Source: Stylophora pistillata
Taxonomy: Eukaryota
Length of the DNA stretch: 64,000 bases
Assembly: GCF_002571385.2 (NCBI RefSeq)
Contig: NW_019217817.1
Span: 485,364-549,363, forward strand
Direction: 5' to 3'
The position numbers were made by a program, and so were the translations under genes. The notes beneath the pieces were generated by a model. That model had not been told where the DNA came from and ran no database searches. It saw only the letters and a list, made by a program, of their open reading frames with translations. Position 1 is the stretch's first letter. Each line of letters begins with the position of its first letter. This document shows, in pieces, positions 59,420 through 64,000 of the stretch.

Positions 59420-61786
59420 CAGATAGTTTATTTGTAAAAAGCTTGCAGCCACTGAGCTGAATTGTGTATTTACAATAAAGTATAAAATATAACTTATAAT
59501 AGTAATATGATAGTATAAAAGTCCTAAATAAATAATAATATCCTATAAATATGATGAAAGCTTGAACTGTTAAAATAGACCTGGAAGGACCTTCCATCAC
59601 GCATCTTAACGTCTTGAACGTCTACTTAGATATCCTACTTACTAACTGAAGGGTAGCCCGGTGTCTGTGGATCTCCTCTAATTGGAGTTGATTTGATGTT
59701 TCCTCGTTGAACTGCAGAATTAGGTAGCCAATTGTAATCTGGGTACACCATATCAACACCTTGCTTTGCATAATCTTCAGGATCCATGTATAATATCACT
59801 CCAATAGCTCCTTCCTTGTGAGCTCGTTTGGGCTAAAGGAAAAATCATAACACAAAGGAAAATCGCACGTAAAAAGATTCTGTACCCTTGCTGTTAATCG
59901 CGGTTTTGCACTTTCCATCAGGCGGTCTGTGATTTCGAGTTGACAACTTATTTATTTCTCGCTGAATCTCTCCGGTTCTTCTTCCGAGGAGAACCAAAGA
60001 AGCTGAGAACTAGAACAGGAGAGTATCCAGAAACTTTCTAATGCGCAGTGTCAGTTGGCAACATTCTCAGGAGCTTCTCCCCCATTTGTAGACAGTCTTA
60101 GCCTAAACTAGAATTTAGTTATGGGCTAATTATATTTAGCTTCAAGGAACTGTCCAATCTTATCAATGACAAAAATGATTAATACTTTTTAAAGAGTTGT
60201 TACAACACACATAGGGCCTGGCCAACAAGGTGCCTGGGATATCCACTTAAAAATACAACAATGGCTGGATTCACCTTTTCACTCTCATCATATGAACGAT
60301 ATTGGTTTCTACATTTCGTATCATTTTAACCCCAGAATGTGGTGTAAAATCAAATAGAATCCCATATACGAAATTTTTCTTTTTTCGTACCACTTTTCTC
60401 CACGAAAAGCTTCTGATATGCTAAGGAAATATATCCTCATGGTCACTCTTCGGAGTGAATCTGTCCACGACCCCAACACCACCCGATGACTAACCTTAGT
60501 AGAACGTCCAACCTTTCCATATCGCATGATGACGATTTTTCCAGTGCAGTTAATTCCTCGTTTTTTGAGTTCCTCGAAGTCTTCATCTCGTCCATAATTA
60601 GCATACACCAGTTTCCCCTACGGATTCAGAGCAAAGAAAGTAAGGTGATGAATATGATCATTAAAAATATAACTTTAGATTATTTCAAATTCAACCTGTG
60701 AGGTGGTAGTCAGTTATACTTTAAATTAACTTTTCAATTTAGTGGAAAAGAGCATTGGTCTGTGACATCCATGGATACTCAATCAGCCATGGGAACTCTG
60801 TGGTGTTACTTTTTTCAGAAACCAGGGAAGCTGGTTTTTAAACGTCTTTAATACTGCTATCTGAATGCACCAACTAGATGTACTGATAAGGGAAAGCCCT
60901 TTTCCGTATGCTCGTATTTTATCACTGACAGTTTGGAAGGCTTCGATCAAAATGCCACCCGAGTTGTCATAACATTAAAACCAAAGTCATCACAACGATT
61001 AATCACTGCAAAAGGTAGAATGTCACTGAAGGCCAATGAGAAATTAACTCCCAAAATTTGATTGATAATTCTCCCCTCTAGCTGCTGAACGTTTCCTTGT
61101 AAGTTAAATGAGAGAATTTGGTGTTAGGTCAAGATAACAACTTAAACATGATGGGTTTGAGAATTCTCATTACCTGTTTGCTGGATAATGTATGGATATT
61201 ATAGGGAGAAGTTACATGTTGAAATCACGTCTCGGAGTTCAAGGGTCCAAGTACAAACTTGCCGAAGCTTAGGAACACGCGATTTATCGGGTCGAGATTG
61301 ATAGGGTGGCGTCAGTTTTTAGGGCAGTCACAGTGCGAAGGAAAGAAAAATCCATATTCTTCTGGATTATTTCCGAAACTCGATTGTAAATTACACTATT
61401 ACTATAGAGGTGGGCTTTTGGTTCTCACGCTGAACCTGAGCAAAGCTGTCATGCGTATAACCGAGAGCACGGAAAAGCATTTAAACTGCGAATCGACACT
61501 CACTCTTGCAGATCCTGATGGTGCGTAGGCGTTGAAGGGGGGGACCACATTGCTGTTGTTTTCTGAGGGAACGAGGAATGCTTCTTGACGTTCTGATCTA
61601 TGCATCAGAGTAGATCCATTGTACAGCGCAGCCTCTCCTGCCTTCATATCTTTTGGCCGGGACAACATAATGGTGTAATTCTTCCAAATAACATCAATGC
61701 CATATTCTTTCCATTTCTTTGCCATGTCCTTCGCCAGTTCAAAGTTCTCTGTGTCCCCAGGAAAGTGGGGCACCTTGGTAAAATGC
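50535..61786 (-). CDS. Glutamate carboxypeptidase II / NAALADase-like M28B peptidase, copy B (5'-partial; one in-frame TAA, so possibly a recent pseudogene)
   Basis: 16 exons: 61504-61786, 60495-60617, 59643-59832, 58887-58983, 58192-58284, 56810-56895, 56209-56328, 56005-56087, 55407-55470, 55129-55196, 54666-54751, 54296-54386, 53308-53560, 52511-52592, 50988-51083, 50535-50715; phases chain. PA domain ([30 protein letters not shown]). Zinc/catalytic motifs [29 protein letters not shown]. TfR-like dimerisation domain (VERAFI..RHVV). About 63770-64000 matches 48670-48900, so exon 1 should lie just beyond the window. TAA at 58910-58912. Confidence 0.85.
51184..51969 (+). mobile_element. Internally deleted Crypton-like (DUF3504/ZMYM-KCTD1-QRICH1-related tyrosine-recombinase) element
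   Basis: ORF 51353-51712 ([20 protein letters not shown]...[36 protein letters not shown]) resembles the N-terminal half of CryptonA-type proteins; the catalytic half is missing. 3' hairpin at about 51800-51969. Confidence 0.72.
52101..52453. mobile_element. tRNA-containing fold-back insertion with 12-bp target duplication
   Basis: TSD AAACACTCAAAT at 52089-52100 and 52454-52465. 86-bp inverted arms 52146-52231 / 52369-52454. tRNA-like segment at 52308-52380. Empty site in copy A at about 37915-37930. Confidence 0.8.
57145..57833. mobile_element. Kolobok-like MITE with about 195-bp TIRs
   Basis: TTAA on both flanks (57141-57144, 57834-57837) and GG...CC termini. Arms about 57145-57340 / 57642-57833. 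Absent at the matching site of copy A (about 42770). Confidence 0.75.
59377..59425. repeat. (AGAT)n microsatellite, probably the 3' tail of a minus-strand retroelement fragment
   Basis: On the minus strand it follows GGCTGCAAGCTTTTTACAAATAAAC. Confidence 0.7.
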
Positions 61787-64000
61787 CTACAATTCAGAGT
61801 TAAGTTCATTAAATTGATTAAATAGAAGTGCTATATCCATCAAACTCTCGCGCCACTAAAACATTAACAAACAAGCGGTACCAACTCAAACCACTGAGTG
61901 ACGTTTAATAAGATCATTAGATAATGAAAATCGATGTGTGATACTTTATCAGGATCAGAATTTACAGCAACACATAATCCAGGTAGACGTACATCAATGC
62001 AGTCGTAAAGGAAAAAGTAAGCCGGCGCAAGTCCTCTCAAAGGATGTTACGCTGGAAAAAACAAAAAACAAAAAAAAAAAAAAAGAAACAAAAACAAGAC
62101 AGTTTGGTTTGAAATTCTTCTTAACTGGTTTCAGTTCATGTTTGTCTGTGCACATGTTACTTGCCCCAAAACATTAAATTGACCGTCAAACATGTTATAT
62201 ATAGCTGTTGTCGCCGCCGAGATCATTCCAGTAAGTGTAACGTGTGTGTGAACGTTTTATGGAAAGAAGCATAATTATAAAATCGAATCCATTTTAAATG
62301 AAGCTGTAGGAGGTTTAACAACTTGGGAGGAAAACGCTAGAAAATTGAAAATTCAGGGCGATTTTAACTATCATCTTTGTGAAGCGGGTGTAATGGTCTT
62401 CAAATGCCAGAATAATAGTGAGAAAAAACAAGTAACAAAAATTGTAACTCTCCCTCATTGAATTTATGCGAAAAAAAAATCACGCTGCTTTTGGTTATTC
62501 TTCCTTCTGGAATCAAAAAATTTTGAGATTTCACGGTTGAATCAACCGATTGTTCAGAGTTACGTTACGTAACCATTAATGATAAGTGCTTGTCGGGTGG
62601 TCTTACTAATAGCACGTTAACCGAATCAATGTTTCGCTTTTGATAAAAACACCCTTTGTCTTGCTAATGCGACTAGAACTTACTCTGCGACTTATCAGCA
62701 TTCTGCAATCGCCTCTTTTGTTCGTATCTTTAAAAGGATATTTTGTGAACTTCCGTAAATATATTTTGTGACGTTCTACTAATGACACGGGTGTATGTTC
62801 ATTTTGTATGAAACGTGATCACTGCAGTGGTAATTCAGGCTTGCTTGTAGGTATCATGCAAGTGAAACCTTTGGGGGCTACTATGCTATCTAAGATTTTG
62901 TATGGAGTTATGCAAGAGCCATTCGAAGGCATCTCTTTCAACTTTGCTCCAATGTTCATTTACTACTGTATTTTCTTTATGATGAAGTAACGCTCGCTAA
63001 CTATGCTCTATCCTGCATCAATAAACGAGATACCCGCTCCTGAAGCTGTGTTTGTGTTTATCAAATTAGTTACAAAATATTTCATAATCGTTTCAGGGTA
63101 AATAGAGTATAAATGTTTCTTTACTACCCAAGTCCACCATAACGCATTAAGGGCGTGAAACGAAGAAATGGAATCAAGATATTGATGGATCAATTAAACA
63201 GCCATCAACGTGAGTTTTTTTGTTTTCTGTTTTTGTTTCCCGGCCATGTCAGGAGATGGAGAGACAATTAGGTCATGAGAACGAAAGAGGGCATTATTTC
63301 CCGCTGGGGATGTGTGACAAATGTACTTTTTTATGAATAAAAAAAAAACACTAAATAAAATTGAACAGATAAATCTATTGCAGCTCCGATTTAAATTATG
63401 GAGATCCGCCGACAATATTATCCCCTAGTTACTGACTTGGTTAAACAAAGTCCCTTTTAAAGACCAACCTGACATGATTAGACGATCTAAATGCATCTTA
63501 CGTCCAGAAATGTACCGGTCTAAATACATCGCCAAGTTGTTTACCAAAGGTCGGCTTACATTACCGTATGTAGATAAATTGAAAAATAAGGCTTCCTTTA
63601 GATGTCTGCTCGCTGTGCACCATTATGTAGTCATCTACGTTTTATAAGATATGAACTATTTACAGGGTTCTCAAAAGTCTGTTTAATAAAATCTCTCTAA
63701 GAGTTGAAGGTGCCTTTTGGGTTATACGTGACCAAGGTGAGAGTGTTATTTTCATTAGCTAAGAACTTTTTGTCAACAAATAACATGGGCTTAGGGTTAG
63801 GGAGGTACTGTTGAACTTCTTGTGGGGGTATTAGTGCCGCCTTAGAGGAATACCCTTCCAAGTAAGATAGAGTAACCTCAATTTTCGCCTCTCCAGTGTC
63901 GCCGTATAGACAGCCACGATCGGTGAACTTTTGGAGGGAGAGACCAAAAAATAAGTCATGAATCAGTCGTTCTTGGCTGATTTCACACCGAGTTACAGCG

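Overview
AT-rich, intron-dense animal genomic DNA with three N gaps. Gene content and repeat style suggest an anthozoan or stony coral, which is an inference. Manual GT-AG exon chaining gives six genes. (1) GAS2-family CH+GAR gene (+, 4 exons, about 285 aa). (2) SVIP (-, 4 exons, 77 aa), convergent with GAS2. (3) ARFGAP2/3, Glo3 type (-, 19 exons, about 514 aa). (4) SYCP1 synaptonemal transverse-filament gene (+, 34 exons, about 1100 aa), head-to-head with ARFGAP2/3. (5, 6) Two tandem M28B glutamate-carboxypeptidase-II/NAALADase-like paralogues (-). One is heavily pseudogenised. The other is intact in the window except for a single TAA that both copies share. Introns carry tRNA-derived SINEs, MULE-, pogo- and Kolobok-type MITEs, Crypton-derived elements and a LINE 3' fragment. 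Four loci have hammerhead-ribozyme motifs, one of them a canonical type I hammerhead between 50-bp direct repeats. Main highlights: the hammerhead elements, six consecutive 63-nt (3-heptad) exons and a duplicated splice acceptor in SYCP1, GAS2-SVIP adjacency that matches human 11p14, and the shared stop plus remodelled substrate pocket in the GCPII-like pair.
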